63,075 bases of DNA from Prevotellaceae bacterium (GTDB lineage Bacteria; Bacteroidota; Bacteroidia; Bacteroidales; UBA932). Below are positions 17,934 to 26,765 of this stretch, in pieces (positions within the stretch are counted from its first letter, which is position 1; each line of letters opens with the position of its first letter). The position numbers and the translations under genes are program-made. The stretch spans positions 1 to 63,075 of the forward strand of contig JAISXF010000032.1 of NCBI GenBank assembly GCA_031270845.1, written 5' to 3'. The notes below the pieces were generated by a model. It did not search any database and had not been told where the DNA came from. It saw nothing but the letters and a program-made list of their open reading frames with translations.

Positions 17934-17967
17934 TGCCAAACAATTCAACAACTAAACAATTCAACCA

Positions 17968-19602
17968 ATGAAAAAAGTATTCCTTTCCATGATTGCCCTG
18001 TGCGGCATCTGTGCGGCGTATGCCGGCGACAGTACACTGACCGTTACCAAACGCTATATAAATCTGCCCGTCGCGCAGGAGGCGGAACGAAACAGGATGA
18101 CGTTCCATATCGACGGCGAGGTGGAGCGGACGTTTGTTATCCGCCTCTCCGACACGCCCGACTATTGGGTGTTCTGCGACATGAGCGCCTACCGGGGCGC
18201 CACGCTCCGTATCGCGTTCGACGGCAAGGCGGCGGGGCTGGCCAAAATCTATCAGGACGACCGGATTGCCGGCGCCGACAGCCTCTACCGCGAGGCCGCT
18301 CGCCCGCAGTTCCATTTCACCTCGCGGCGGGGGTGGAACAACGACCCCAACGGACTGCTGTTCCACGACGGCGAGTACCACCTCTTCTACCAGCATAATC
18401 CCTACGAGCGCGAATGGGAAAACATGCACTGGGGACATGCCGTAAGCCGCGACCTTGTCCGCTGGCAGGAGTTGCCGCCGGCGTTATACCCCGATGCCAT
18501 CGGCACGATGTTCTCCGGCTCGGCTGTTGTAGATGATGAAAATACGGCGGGGTTCAACCGCGGCGATACGCCGGCCATTGTCGCCGTATATACGGCCGCC
18601 AGCCCCGAGCGACAGGTGCAGTGCATCGCCTACAGTACCGACAGGGGGCGCACGTGGACAAAATACGCCGGCAACCCGGTCGTCGATTCCAAAGCGGCGT
18701 GGAACAGCCAGGATACGCGCGACCCCAAAGTGTTCCGCCACGCGCCCACCCGACGATGGGTGATGGTGCTTAACGAACGCGACGGGCATTCGATTTATAC
18801 CTCCGCCAACCTTCGGGAATGGCGCTTCGAGAGCCATGTTACGGGCTTCTGGGAATGCCCCGACCTCTTTGAGCTGCCTGTCGATGGCGACACGGCGAAC
18901 ACGCGGTGGGTGATGTACGGCGCGTCGGGGGCATATATGATTGGCCGCTTCGACGGGCGGCAGTTCATCCCTGAAGGGGGAAAATACTATTACACCACCG
19001 GCGCCCTGTATGCCGCGCAAACATTCGCCGGTATCCCCGCAGCCGACGGGCGGCGGATACAGATAGGCTGGGGGCGAATCGCGCACGGCCCGATGCCGTT
19101 TAACGGAATGATGCTGCTCCCTACCGAACTGACACTGCGTACGACGAAAGACGGCATCCGGCTGTTCAGTAATCCCGTCAAGGAAATCGACCGGCTGCAG
19201 GGCGACAGCCGGACGTGGACGAAACTCACCGCCGCGCAGGCCAACAGGGCGATGGAAGCCTACCGGCAATCGGACTGTCTGCGTATCAAAGCCCGCATCA
19301 AACTCTCGCACGCCACCGACGCCGGGCTGCGCCTGCACGGGCAGTCGATACTGACCTACGATATGAACTTTAATACCGTCAACGGCGTCTTCTACTCGCC
19401 CGAAGAGCCGACGTCGATGGAGCTGTCGGTCGATATTTTGATTGATAAAACGTCGGTAGAGGTGTTTGTCGATGGCGGCGCCTATTCGTACGCGCTGCAG
19501 CGGGAGCTTAACAGCCCGAACCGCGAGGGATTCCGGTTTTGGGGGAACAACCCGGAAATCGTGTCTCTGGAGGTCTATGAAATGCGGACGATTTGGAATT
19601 AG
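17968..19602 (+). CDS. Glycoside hydrolase family 32 (beta-fructofuranosidase / levanase-type), secreted
   Basis: 544 aa with a signal peptide. GH32 catalytic motifs are present: GWNNDPNGL (WMNDPNG block), TRDPKVF (RDP) and FWECPDLF (EC). Confidence 0.9.
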   Translation: MKKVFLSMIALCGICAAYAGDSTLTVTKRYINLPVAQEAERNRMTFHIDGEVERTFVIRLSDTPDYWVFCDMSAYRGATLRIAFDGKAAGLAKIYQDDRIAGADSLYREAARPQFHFTSRRGWNNDPNGLLFHDGEYHLFYQHNPYEREWENMHWGHAVSRDLVRWQELPPALYPDAIGTMFSGSAVVDDENTAGFNRGDTPAIVAVYTAASPERQVQCIAYSTDRGRTWTKYAGNPVVDSKAAWNSQDTRDPKVFRHAPTRRWVMVLNERDGHSIYTSANLREWRFESHVTGFWECPDLFELPVDGDTANTRWVMYGASGAYMIGRFDGRQFIPEGGKYYYTTGALYAAQTFAGIPAADGRRIQIGWGRIAHGPMPFNGMMLLPTELTLRTTKDGIRLFSNPVKEIDRLQGDSRTWTKLTAAQANRAMEAYRQSDCLRIKARIKLSHATDAGLRLHGQSILTYDMNFNTVNGVFYSPEEPTSMELSVDILIDKTSVEVFVDGGAYSYALQRELNSPNREGFRFWGNNPEIVSLEVYEMRTIWN

Positions 19603-19824
19603 GAATTGCCTGCGGGGGATGAAGCGCTACACGCGATGAAAGGGTGAAGGGGTGTGTGCGCCGTGCCTGAAAGGCAGGGCAGGGGAGTTGAGGGTTGAAG
19701 GCCTGCCTTTGGCAGGCGGTGGGAGAAGGTGTTGCCGTCCGCAGATTACGGCTATTGCCCTCCCTGCGGTTATGAAAATTCCGCCTTTCAGGCGCCCTGC
19801 ATCCGCCGCAGGCAATTCCTAATT
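19597..19824. repeat. 228-bp MITE-like element with 25-bp terminal inverted repeats (24/25 match) between two convergent genes
   Basis: The left TIR is aattaggaattgcctgcgggggatg (19597-19621). The right TIR is catccgccgcaggcaattcctaatt (19800-19824). The interior holds three short GC hairpins (TGCCT-GAA-AGGCA, CTGCC-TTT-GGCAG, GCCT-TTC-AGGC). Mobility is an inference only. Confidence 0.7.
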
Positions 19825-20292
19825 TCTAATTTCTAATTTTTCTATTCTCCGCTGGTGCCGTCCGCCGTCGAAAGAAGTGGCGAGGAAGGTGGCGACAATG
19901 GCTTGTGCCGTGTCGGGCGAGAGGAAGCGAGCAGGTAGCGAACAGACATTGGCGTTGTTGTGCGCCCGTGCCAGACGGGCTATCTCCGGCTGCCAGCAGA
20001 GGGCGGCGCGGATGCCGGGGTAACGGTTGAGGGTCATGCTTATTCCGTTGCCGGTGCCGCAGAGGGAGATGCCGGCGGTTACCTCCCCGCTCAGGAGGGC
20101 ATCGGCCAGCGGGCGGGCGACGTCGGGATAATCGACGCTCTCGGTGGTGTAGGCGCCGAAATCGCGGACGGCATATCCCTGCGCTTCGAGCCATGTTATT
20201 AAAAAGGCTTTCAGCGGCACGCCGGCATGGTCGGCCGCAATGCCGATCGGTAGCCATTGACTGTTGGCTATTGACGATTGACGATTGTCCAT
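19819..20292 (-). CDS. rpiB: Ribose-5-phosphate isomerase B
   Basis: 157 aa. IGIAADHAGVPLK..CGTGNGISMTLNRYPGIRAAL..AHNNANV..GGRHQRRIEKL are RpiB/LacAB family hallmarks. Confidence 0.9.
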   Translation of the reverse strand: MDNRQSSIANSQWLPIGIAADHAGVPLKAFLITWLEAQGYAVRDFGAYTTESVDYPDVARPLADALLSGEVTAGISLCGTGNGISMTLNRYPGIRAALCWQPEIARLARAHNNANVCSLPARFLSPDTAQAIVATFLATSFDGGRHQRRIEKLEIRN

Positions 20293-20306
20293 TACGATTG
20301 AATATT

Positions 20307-20327
20307 CGTAATTCCTAATTCCTAATT
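20307..20327. repeat. Heptamer array CGTAATT CCTAATT CCTAATT
   Basis: Read directly. It overlaps the TAA stop (20326-20328) of the porV-like gene. An adjacent 7-bp-arm palindrome ATTACGA..TCGTAAT lies at 20291-20312. Confidence 0.9.
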
Positions 20328-21393
20328 AAAAAGTGTATTGCAGCGAGGCGCGGACGATGTTGGAGGTGGAGGTCATTCCGCTTGTGTTAAGCTGGTAGGA
20401 GAGTGCGAGCGCCAGTCGCCACCACTGAATACCCGCGCCGGCCGATACATACGACCCGGCAGCGTACATCTCGGCGCTGCCGAAGTGATACCCCGCGCGC
20501 AGGAAGGCGTGGTCGGTGTATGAATATTCGGCGCCCAGCGAGGCACCCCATTCTTTGATATTATTTCCAAACGAGTTAAACAGCCCGTTGAAGAGGCTTT
20601 TCGTCTGGTCTTCGGGTACCAGAGGCTTGCTTATTTCGACGGCAAAGGCCAGCCCGTGATGACCGGCAAAGCGTGCCGTATAGCGGGAGCCAAGATACAT
20701 CATCATCGGCAGGAATTGTTTCGTGCCGGGGCTAAATTCGATTTTGCCGCCCATGTTTTTTACGGACAGCGCGAGGGCAAATTCGTTGCCGGCTACGGAC
20801 GGGTAACGGAAATACAACCCCACGTCGGCGGCCACAGTGCCGGTGCGGCCGTCGTTATAGCGCTCATCGCCGATACCCACAAATTGCGGGAGCGACAGGT
20901 AGCGGAACGCAGCCCCCACCGAAAAATATTTACCGAAGGCGTGCGAATAACCGGCATCTATCGAAAATTGTGCGGGCGACGACGTGCCATATACGGTTGC
21001 ATCCGCGTTTCGGAAATCGAGCTCGCCGTCGGTCATATACCGGATGCTTGCGCTGACGGCATGGGCGCCGAACCGGTAATAGCCGGCCACGTAGGCCAGG
21101 TGAGAGGCGTAGCTGTTCGTAGCGCCTATCCACGGGGTGTACGAGAGGCCGACGGCGCCGGTATCGACAGCGAAGGCATACTTGGCCACGTTCCAGTGCT
21201 GGGCGAAGACATCGGGAGCGGTAGCCGAGCCGATGTCGGCCATGCCGGCCGCGCGGGCGTCGGGTACGATGGTTTCCATCACCGCCTGGTTGGTCATGCT
21301 GGCGAGCTGCGCCCGTGCGGGTCCGGTGACCCCGAAGCTGCACGCGGCGAAAAGGAGTATAAGGATATTTTTATTCATAACGGTATTATTCAA
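20326..21393 (-). CDS. PorV/PorQ-family T9SS outer-membrane beta-barrel protein
   Basis: 355 aa with a signal peptide. The N-terminal block PDARAAGMADIGSATAPDVFAQHWNVAKYAF resembles the conserved PorV block (..GGMGD.G.ATSPD....HWNPAK.AF) as I recall it. The sequence has alternating beta-strand character and ends in an aromatic residue (..LQYTF). Confidence 0.6.
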   Translation of the reverse strand: MNNTVMNKNILILLFAACSFGVTGPARAQLASMTNQAVMETIVPDARAAGMADIGSATAPDVFAQHWNVAKYAFAVDTGAVGLSYTPWIGATNSYASHLAYVAGYYRFGAHAVSASIRYMTDGELDFRNADATVYGTSSPAQFSIDAGYSHAFGKYFSVGAAFRYLSLPQFVGIGDERYNDGRTGTVAADVGLYFRYPSVAGNEFALALSVKNMGGKIEFSPGTKQFLPMMMYLGSRYTARFAGHHGLAFAVEISKPLVPEDQTKSLFNGLFNSFGNNIKEWGASLGAEYSYTDHAFLRAGYHFGSAEMYAAGSYVSAGAGIQWWRLALALSYQLNTSGMTSTSNIVRASLQYTF

Positions 21394-21401
21394 TAAACGG
21401 T

Positions 21402-22079
21402 TTATAATTTTATCAGGCGCCCAGACGCGCTGCCGACGCCTTTTACGTCGAGGTGATAGATGTAGATGCCGGCCGGGTAGCTTGCCATGTTCACCTTTCG
21501 GAAATAGCGCTTCGCGGCCATCGAGACATCGACGACGGTCAGCACTTCGCGTCCCGACTGGGTATATATTTTCAATGTCGCATGGCCGGCTGCGGGGACA
21601 ACAAACTCCAGCGTCGTCGTACCCGTTACGGGGTTCGGGTAGTTGATGACGGTTACGTCCTTATCGTCGGGCGTGAGGGCGTTGCGGTCGATGATTTGCA
21701 TCGCGATGCTGGCCGTTGCCGGGGCGAGCGAGAGGTCGCTGTCGAACGCGGCGAACGAGAAGACGTAGTCGCCCTGCGCGTCGTCGTCGGGTGCAAGCAG
21801 CAGGGTGGCGGAGCCGGCAGCGGGGTCGCTCATAAAATACGCCCATGTTTCCGGCAGGCCGGTAGCCATAATGCAGGCTGCGTCGCCGTCGGGGTCGTGC
21901 GCAAAGAGCTGGATGGTATCCATGGCGCCTTCTTTCAGGGAGAGGTTCAGGTCGGTTATTTCTACGCCGCCGCGCAGGATTTTCAGGAATGCCGGCGGCC
22001 GGTTTTGTCCGTGTGCCGACAGCCCGAACGCCATCCATGCAGCGCTCAGCAGGGCAATTTTCAGTAATGTGTATTTCAT
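21402..22079 (-). CDS. Secreted protein with a T9SS C-terminal sorting domain (cargo) and an Ig/cadherin-like module
   Basis: 225 aa with a signal peptide. The C-terminal ~80 aa, INYPNPVTGTTTLEFVVPAAGHATLKIYTQSGREV..YPAGIYIYHLDVKG..GRLIKL, fit the type A Por secretion tail pattern. Confidence 0.8.
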   Translation of the reverse strand: MKYTLLKIALLSAAWMAFGLSAHGQNRPPAFLKILRGGVEITDLNLSLKEGAMDTIQLFAHDPDGDAACIMATGLPETWAYFMSDPAAGSATLLLAPDDDAQGDYVFSFAAFDSDLSLAPATASIAMQIIDRNALTPDDKDVTVINYPNPVTGTTTLEFVVPAAGHATLKIYTQSGREVLTVVDVSMAAKRYFRKVNMASYPAGIYIYHLDVKGVGSASGRLIKL

Positions 22080-22217
22080 TGTAACGATATTTATTTTTTA
22101 TTTAATATTATTATTTACTATCCTTCCCAGCCGACTCCCATTTTCCAGTGGCTGTCCACGTTCATGCTAATGGTGTTATCCATCTGTTGCCATTCATAAT
22201 TCATAATTTCTTTATTC

Positions 22218-23597
22218 TTAAAACTCCGCATTATTTGGCGTACGCGGGAAGGGGATGACGTCGCGGATATTGACCATACCGGTTACGAACAGCAGCAGGC
22301 GCTCGAAGCCCATACCGAAGCCGCTGTGTTCGGCGGTTCCGAAGCGGCGCGTATCAAGGTACCACCACAGGTTTTCGTCGCTCATGCCCAGCTCGGCGAT
22401 GCGTGCCCGCAGTTTTTCGAGGTTCTCTTCGCGCTGCGACCCGCCGATGATTTCCCCGATTTTCGGGAACAGCACATCCATCGCCCGGACGGTTCGCCCG
22501 TCGGCATTCTGTTTCATATAAAAAGCTTTTATTTCCTTCGGGTAGTCGGTCAGGATGACCGGTTTTTGGAAATGCCGTTCGACCAAATAGCGTTCATGCT
22601 CGCTTTGCAGGTCGATACCCCAGGCGACCGGGAACTCGAACGGCTGCCCCGACTGCCGCAGGATGTCGATGCCTTCGGTGTAGGTGAGGCGCACGAAATC
22701 GGTTTGCGCGACACTCTCCAGCCGGTCGATAAGTTCTTTGTCGTAATGTTGGCTCAGGAAGCGCAGGTCGTCGGTGCAGTGTTCGAGGGCGTAGCCGATA
22801 AGGTATTTGATAAAGTCTTCGGCGAGGTTCATGTTATCGGTAATATCGTAGAACGCCATTTCGGGTTCGATCATCCAGAACTCGGCCAGATGCCGGGGGG
22901 TGTTGCTGTTTTCGGCGCGGAATGTCGGGCCGAAGGTATAGATGTCGCCCAGCGCCATGGCTCCCAGTTCGCCTTCGAGCTGCCCGCTCACGGTGAGGCA
23001 GGTGGCGCGCCCGAAGAAGTCCTTCGTAAAATCGATTTCTTGCCGGTCGTTACGCGGCGGGTTTTGCATATCAAGGGTTGTAACGCGGAACATGGCCCCG
23101 GCGCCTTCGGCATCCGACGCGGTGATGAGCGGCGTATGCAGGTATATAAACCCGCGTTCGTTAAAGTAATGATGGATGGCGTAGGCCATCGCATGGCGGA
23201 TACGCAGCACGGCGCCGAAGGTATTCGTCCGCGGGCGGAGGTGTGCGATTTCGCGCAGGAACTCGAGCGTATGGCCTTTCTTCTGCAGCGGAAAGTCGTC
23301 GGCAGCGCCGTAGATTTCGATTTCCCGCGCCTGCATTTCCACCGCCTGTCCGCCGCCCTGCGAGGCGACCAGCAGGCCGGTAGCGCGCAGGCAGGCGCCG
23401 GTGGCAATGCGCTTGAGCTGCTCTTCGGCAAATGCCGCCACATCGACCACAAGCTGGAGGCTGTGTATCGTCGAGCCGTCGTTGAGGGCAATAAAGGCTA
23501 TGTTTTTGTTGCCGCGCTTCGTCCGCACCCATCCTTTGACGGTTACTTCCGTACCCGTAGCCGTGTTCTTTAAGATGTCCGCAATTTTTGTTCTCAT
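22218..23597 (-). CDS. asnS: Asparagine--tRNA ligase
   Basis: 459 aa. N-terminal OB fold ([25 protein letters not shown]), class II core, and a C-terminus ..[32 protein letters not shown] typical of AsnRS. Confidence 0.92.
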   Translation of the reverse strand: MRTKIADILKNTATGTEVTVKGWVRTKRGNKNIAFIALNDGSTIHSLQLVVDVAAFAEEQLKRIATGACLRATGLLVASQGGGQAVEMQAREIEIYGAADDFPLQKKGHTLEFLREIAHLRPRTNTFGAVLRIRHAMAYAIHHYFNERGFIYLHTPLITASDAEGAGAMFRVTTLDMQNPPRNDRQEIDFTKDFFGRATCLTVSGQLEGELGAMALGDIYTFGPTFRAENSNTPRHLAEFWMIEPEMAFYDITDNMNLAEDFIKYLIGYALEHCTDDLRFLSQHYDKELIDRLESVAQTDFVRLTYTEGIDILRQSGQPFEFPVAWGIDLQSEHERYLVERHFQKPVILTDYPKEIKAFYMKQNADGRTVRAMDVLFPKIGEIIGGSQREENLEKLRARIAELGMSDENLWWYLDTRRFGTAEHSGFGMGFERLLLFVTGMVNIRDVIPFPRTPNNAEF

Positions 23598-23615
23598 TGA
23601 ATATTGATATTAGTA

Positions 23616-25100
23616 TTAACCATTGTTTCGAATAAAGTCCACGGCCTTCTGCATGTCGAGGTACATGACACGGTCTTCCGAAAGGAAAGGCACTTCGCGG
23701 CGGAAGTCGCTGACTGTTTTTTCGAGCGCCGGCGACGTCTTTGCCGGACGGCGGAACTCGATAGCCTGTGCCGCATTCATCAGTTCGATAGCCAATATCC
23801 GTTCTACATTATCCGTTACTTTCATCAGTTTGGTCGCTGCATTGCCGCCCATGCTCACGTGGTCTTCCTGCCCGTTCGATGACACAATGGAATCGACCGA
23901 CGAGGGGTGGCTGTACGTTTTATTGAGGTTTACCAGCGCCGCCGCCACATATTGCGGGATCATAAAGCCGGAGTTTACGCCCGACTGTGCGATAAGGTAT
24001 TCGGGCAGGCCGCGCAGCCCCCAAATCAGCTGCGCCGTGCGGCGTTCCGAGATATTGCCCAGCTGCGTGAGGGCAATGGCCATAAAATCGTAGGCCAGCG
24101 CCAGCGGTTGCCCGTGAAAATTGCCGCCCGAAATCACCTCGTCGCTGTCGGCAAAAACGGTCGGGTTGTCGGTTACGGAATTGATTTCGGTCAGCACCAC
24201 GTTCGACACGTAGTCTGTGCAGTCTTTCACCGCTCCGTGCACCTGCGGCATACAGCGGAACGAGTATGGATCCTGCACATGCTTTTTCGGTCGCGCAATC
24301 AGTTCGCTGCCTTCCAGCAGTTGCCGGATGGCCTGCGCCGTCTGTGCCTGTCCGCGATGCGGGCGTATTTCGTGCAGTCGCGGGTCGAATGGTTCGATAC
24401 GCCCGTCGAAGGCATCGAGCGAGAGCGCTCCGACGGTATCGGCCAGCCGCAGCAGGCGGGCGATACGGAACAGCGCGCTCACCCCGCAGGCGCTCATAAA
24501 CTGTGTACCGTTGAGCAGCGCCAGGCCTTCTTTGGACTGCAGCTGCAGCGGCTGCCAGCCGAACTGCGCCAGCACCCCGGCTGCCGGCTGTTTGCGCCCG
24601 CCGTATATTACTTCGCCCTGCCCGATGAGGGGTAAAAACAGGTTGGCAAGCGGCGCCAAATCGCCGCTCGCGCCCAGCGACCCGCAGTCGTACACCACCG
24701 GGGTGATGTTATGATTGTAAAAATCGAGGATACGTTCTACCGTGCTTACCTGCACGCCGCTGTAGCCCAGCGCCAGCGCCTGCGCTTTGAGCAGCAGCAT
24801 CAGTCGCACGATGTCGGGCGCTACGGCGTCGCCGATACTGCAGGCGTGCGACATCACGAGGTTTTCCTGTAATTTTCCCAGTTCGTCGGCATGGATGGTT
24901 TTATTGTGCAACGATCCGAAGCCGGTAGTAACGCCGTAGATAGGCGCTTCGGCGGTCTGCGACTTGCGGTCGAGGTATGTCCGGCACGCTTCGATACGCG
25001 CCCGCGCCTCGTCCGAAAGCTGTAGCCGGTGCGGCTTATGCTGCAAGGACGCCAATTGTCCGAACGTTAATTTTCCGGCTCCTATATAGAAAATATCCAT
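23616..25100 (-). CDS. hutH: Histidine ammonia-lyase (MIO-dependent aromatic amino acid lyase family)
   Basis: 494 aa. The MIO-forming triad is in GSLGASGDLAPLA. YGVTTGFG and NLVMSHA are also present (the S-H at this position is what I recall for histidine-specific enzymes). Substrate specificity is not proven. Confidence 0.75.
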   Translation of the reverse strand: MDIFYIGAGKLTFGQLASLQHKPHRLQLSDEARARIEACRTYLDRKSQTAEAPIYGVTTGFGSLHNKTIHADELGKLQENLVMSHACSIGDAVAPDIVRLMLLLKAQALALGYSGVQVSTVERILDFYNHNITPVVYDCGSLGASGDLAPLANLFLPLIGQGEVIYGGRKQPAAGVLAQFGWQPLQLQSKEGLALLNGTQFMSACGVSALFRIARLLRLADTVGALSLDAFDGRIEPFDPRLHEIRPHRGQAQTAQAIRQLLEGSELIARPKKHVQDPYSFRCMPQVHGAVKDCTDYVSNVVLTEINSVTDNPTVFADSDEVISGGNFHGQPLALAYDFMAIALTQLGNISERRTAQLIWGLRGLPEYLIAQSGVNSGFMIPQYVAAALVNLNKTYSHPSSVDSIVSSNGQEDHVSMGGNAATKLMKVTDNVERILAIELMNAAQAIEFRRPAKTSPALEKTVSDFRREVPFLSEDRVMYLDMQKAVDFIRNNG

Positions 25101-25123
25101 AGTGTGTACAACTAAATAATGGG

Positions 25124-25131
25124 CAAAAGTA
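25124..25131 (-). promoter_or_regulatory. -7 box TACTTTTG upstream of hutH
   Basis: The plus strand reads caaaagta, 24 nt upstream of ATG 25100. The heptamer array starts 7 bp further upstream. Confidence 0.5.
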
Positions 25132-25137
25132 CGAAAA

Positions 25138-25165
25138 AATTAAAAATTACGAATTAAAAATTACG
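25138..25165. repeat. Heptamer array AATTAAA AATTACG AATTAAA AATTACG
   Basis: Read directly. It occupies the -15 to -45 region of the hutH promoter. Confidence 0.9.
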
Positions 25166-25218
25166 AAATCACATCAATCAAAAGCGCCGGATGAATCAAA
25201 ATTCAGAAAAAACGACTT

Positions 25219-25470
25219 CCGTGGCAAATGAGATAACTTCCGTAACACATGAGACGAACTCCGTAACACATGAGATGAACTTCATAACACATGAGACGAA
25301 CCCCGTAACACATGAGATGACTTCCGTCTCAAGTGTGATGAACCCCATCACACTTGCCACGGAAGTCATCTCATGTGCCACGGAAGTCATCTCATGTGGT
25401 ACGGGGTTCATCTCACTTGCTACGGAAGTTATCTCATTTGCTGCGGAAGTTATCATCTGTGTGGCGCTGC
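25219..25470. repeat. 252-bp array of 12 x 21-bp units: 6 forward units then 6 reverse-complement units (giant palindrome with ~126-bp arms)
   Basis: Forward units read CCGTAACACATGAGAyGAACT, with starts at 25219, 25240, 25261, 25282, 25303 and 25324. Inverse units read TCATCTCATGTGCCACGGAAG, with starts at 25345, 25366, 25387, 25408, 25429 and 25450. The symmetry centre is at 25344/25345. Confidence 0.95.
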
Positions 25471-25541
25471 CCTGCGCTATTGCCACGAAAGCCTTCCGAC
25501 GATGAAGGTAAGTATCCCGTAGATGTACGGGAACCTTTCCT

Positions 25542-25581
25542 AAAAAAAAGGCCTCCCGGGGAAGGGAGGCCTTTCTTTTTT
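25542..25581. terminator. Bidirectional intrinsic terminator (end of the PUL operon)
   Basis: A8-AGGCCTCCC-GGGGAA-GGGAGGCCT-TTCTTTTTT: a 9-bp GC-rich stem flanked by an A-tract and a T-tract, 24 nt beyond the stop of the 25605..26762 gene. Confidence 0.8.
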
Positions 25582-25604
25582 GAGTGTAGCCGCAGCTTGC
25601 GCTA

Positions 25605-26762
25605 TCAGTCGAACACGACTTCGGGAAGCCATTCCAGCGTGGCGTTGATGATAGTCATGTGCCGCTCGTTGCCGGTAACATCGTGAATCAGGTCACCGGA
25701 GCCTTCATTGGCCTTCCAGTACACAACCAGGTTAGGATCGGTCGGGTCAACTTCGCGCCGCATGTTCGTTTGGATTTCCGCTTGCGTACGGGCGGTTTTC
25801 CAGATGCGGTACTGGCAGAAATACGCATTTTTTAGCGTGCCCCACATGCCGCCGGGCTTTGCCAATACTTTCGGTCCTCCGAACGGGCCTATGACGTCGC
25901 AATACTGACCGTCGAGATATACGATTACATTTGCGCCGTCGTTGACAATCGCATAATGATACCAGCGCTGTGTTTCCAATATGCCGGCCGTGTATAATTC
26001 GTTATTTCCTATCTTAACACGGAAAATATTCTTGGGCGTTCTTGCATCGCCCCAGACGATATATACATAGTCGGCGTTTATCGCTCCATTATAAAATTCC
26101 AGGATACACTGGTTGCCGGTTGTCAAATCATCCATCCGCGCCCAAAATTCCATTGTCCAGGCCGCACAGGATATACCCCAATCGCCGGCTATGCTGCACG
26201 AGTGGCTGCCTGTAATATGCGGCGCTGCCGTGATGAGCGGCTGGTCGATGAGATAAAGAAAATAATCCAGCGAGGATGATTGCGGCACGTCGGCATTTTT
26301 CACCCCGTTGAGGGCTACCGGCAGGCAATACGGCTGGTTGTTGGTGGTAAAATTGTCGATGTGTACGGTCAGGATGCCGGCAATTTCGTTTGCTTTAATC
26401 GTAACCGAGGCATTGTCGGGCAGCTGGATGTACTGCGAGGGAACGGAGATATACTCCGTGTTGTGCTGCGCATTGTAGGCCGTGAGGATCGAGGGGTCAA
26501 TCTTAATGCCTACTTCTACGTCGTAATCCACCGCTTTGGCCAGCCGGACAGCAACGGTTATATCGACGCCGGCCGTTTTCATAACAACGGTTTTTTCGCG
26601 CATCTGCGACTGCGCGGCATCAACAATATAGACACTGTTGTCGAGTACATCATATTCGGCATTATTGCAGCCGGAAAACAGCAGTCCGCATACGGCGATA
26701 GCTGTTGTTAGTAGAGTCGTTATCTTTTTCATAAAACGTCTGTTTTTACTGTTTTTATTCAT
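25605..26762 (-). CDS. PUL-associated surface lipoprotein: DUF1735-like N-terminal domain plus LamG/concanavalin-like C-terminal domain
   Basis: 385 aa. Lipoprotein signal MKKITTLLTTAIAVCGLLFSGC (likely start 26732). The architecture and position after a GH18 gene resemble the accessory glycan-binding proteins of Bacteroides N-glycan PULs. The family assignment is from memory. Confidence 0.6.
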   Translation of the reverse strand: MNKNSKNRRFMKKITTLLTTAIAVCGLLFSGCNNAEYDVLDNSVYIVDAAQSQMREKTVVMKTAGVDITVAVRLAKAVDYDVEVGIKIDPSILTAYNAQHNTEYISVPSQYIQLPDNASVTIKANEIAGILTVHIDNFTTNNQPYCLPVALNGVKNADVPQSSSLDYFLYLIDQPLITAAPHITGSHSCSIAGDWGISCAAWTMEFWARMDDLTTGNQCILEFYNGAINADYVYIVWGDARTPKNIFRVKIGNNELYTAGILETQRWYHYAIVNDGANVIVYLDGQYCDVIGPFGGPKVLAKPGGMWGTLKNAYFCQYRIWKTARTQAEIQTNMRREVDPTDPNLVVYWKANEGSGDLIHDVTGNERHMTIINATLEWLPEVVFD

Positions 26763-26765
26763 ATC

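Noticed and set aside
25191-25505. ORFs of 104 aa (+) and 96 aa (-) across the 252-bp palindrome.
   Set aside because: They are mirror-image ORFs generated by the palindrome itself, with repetitive sequence and no independent coding signal.
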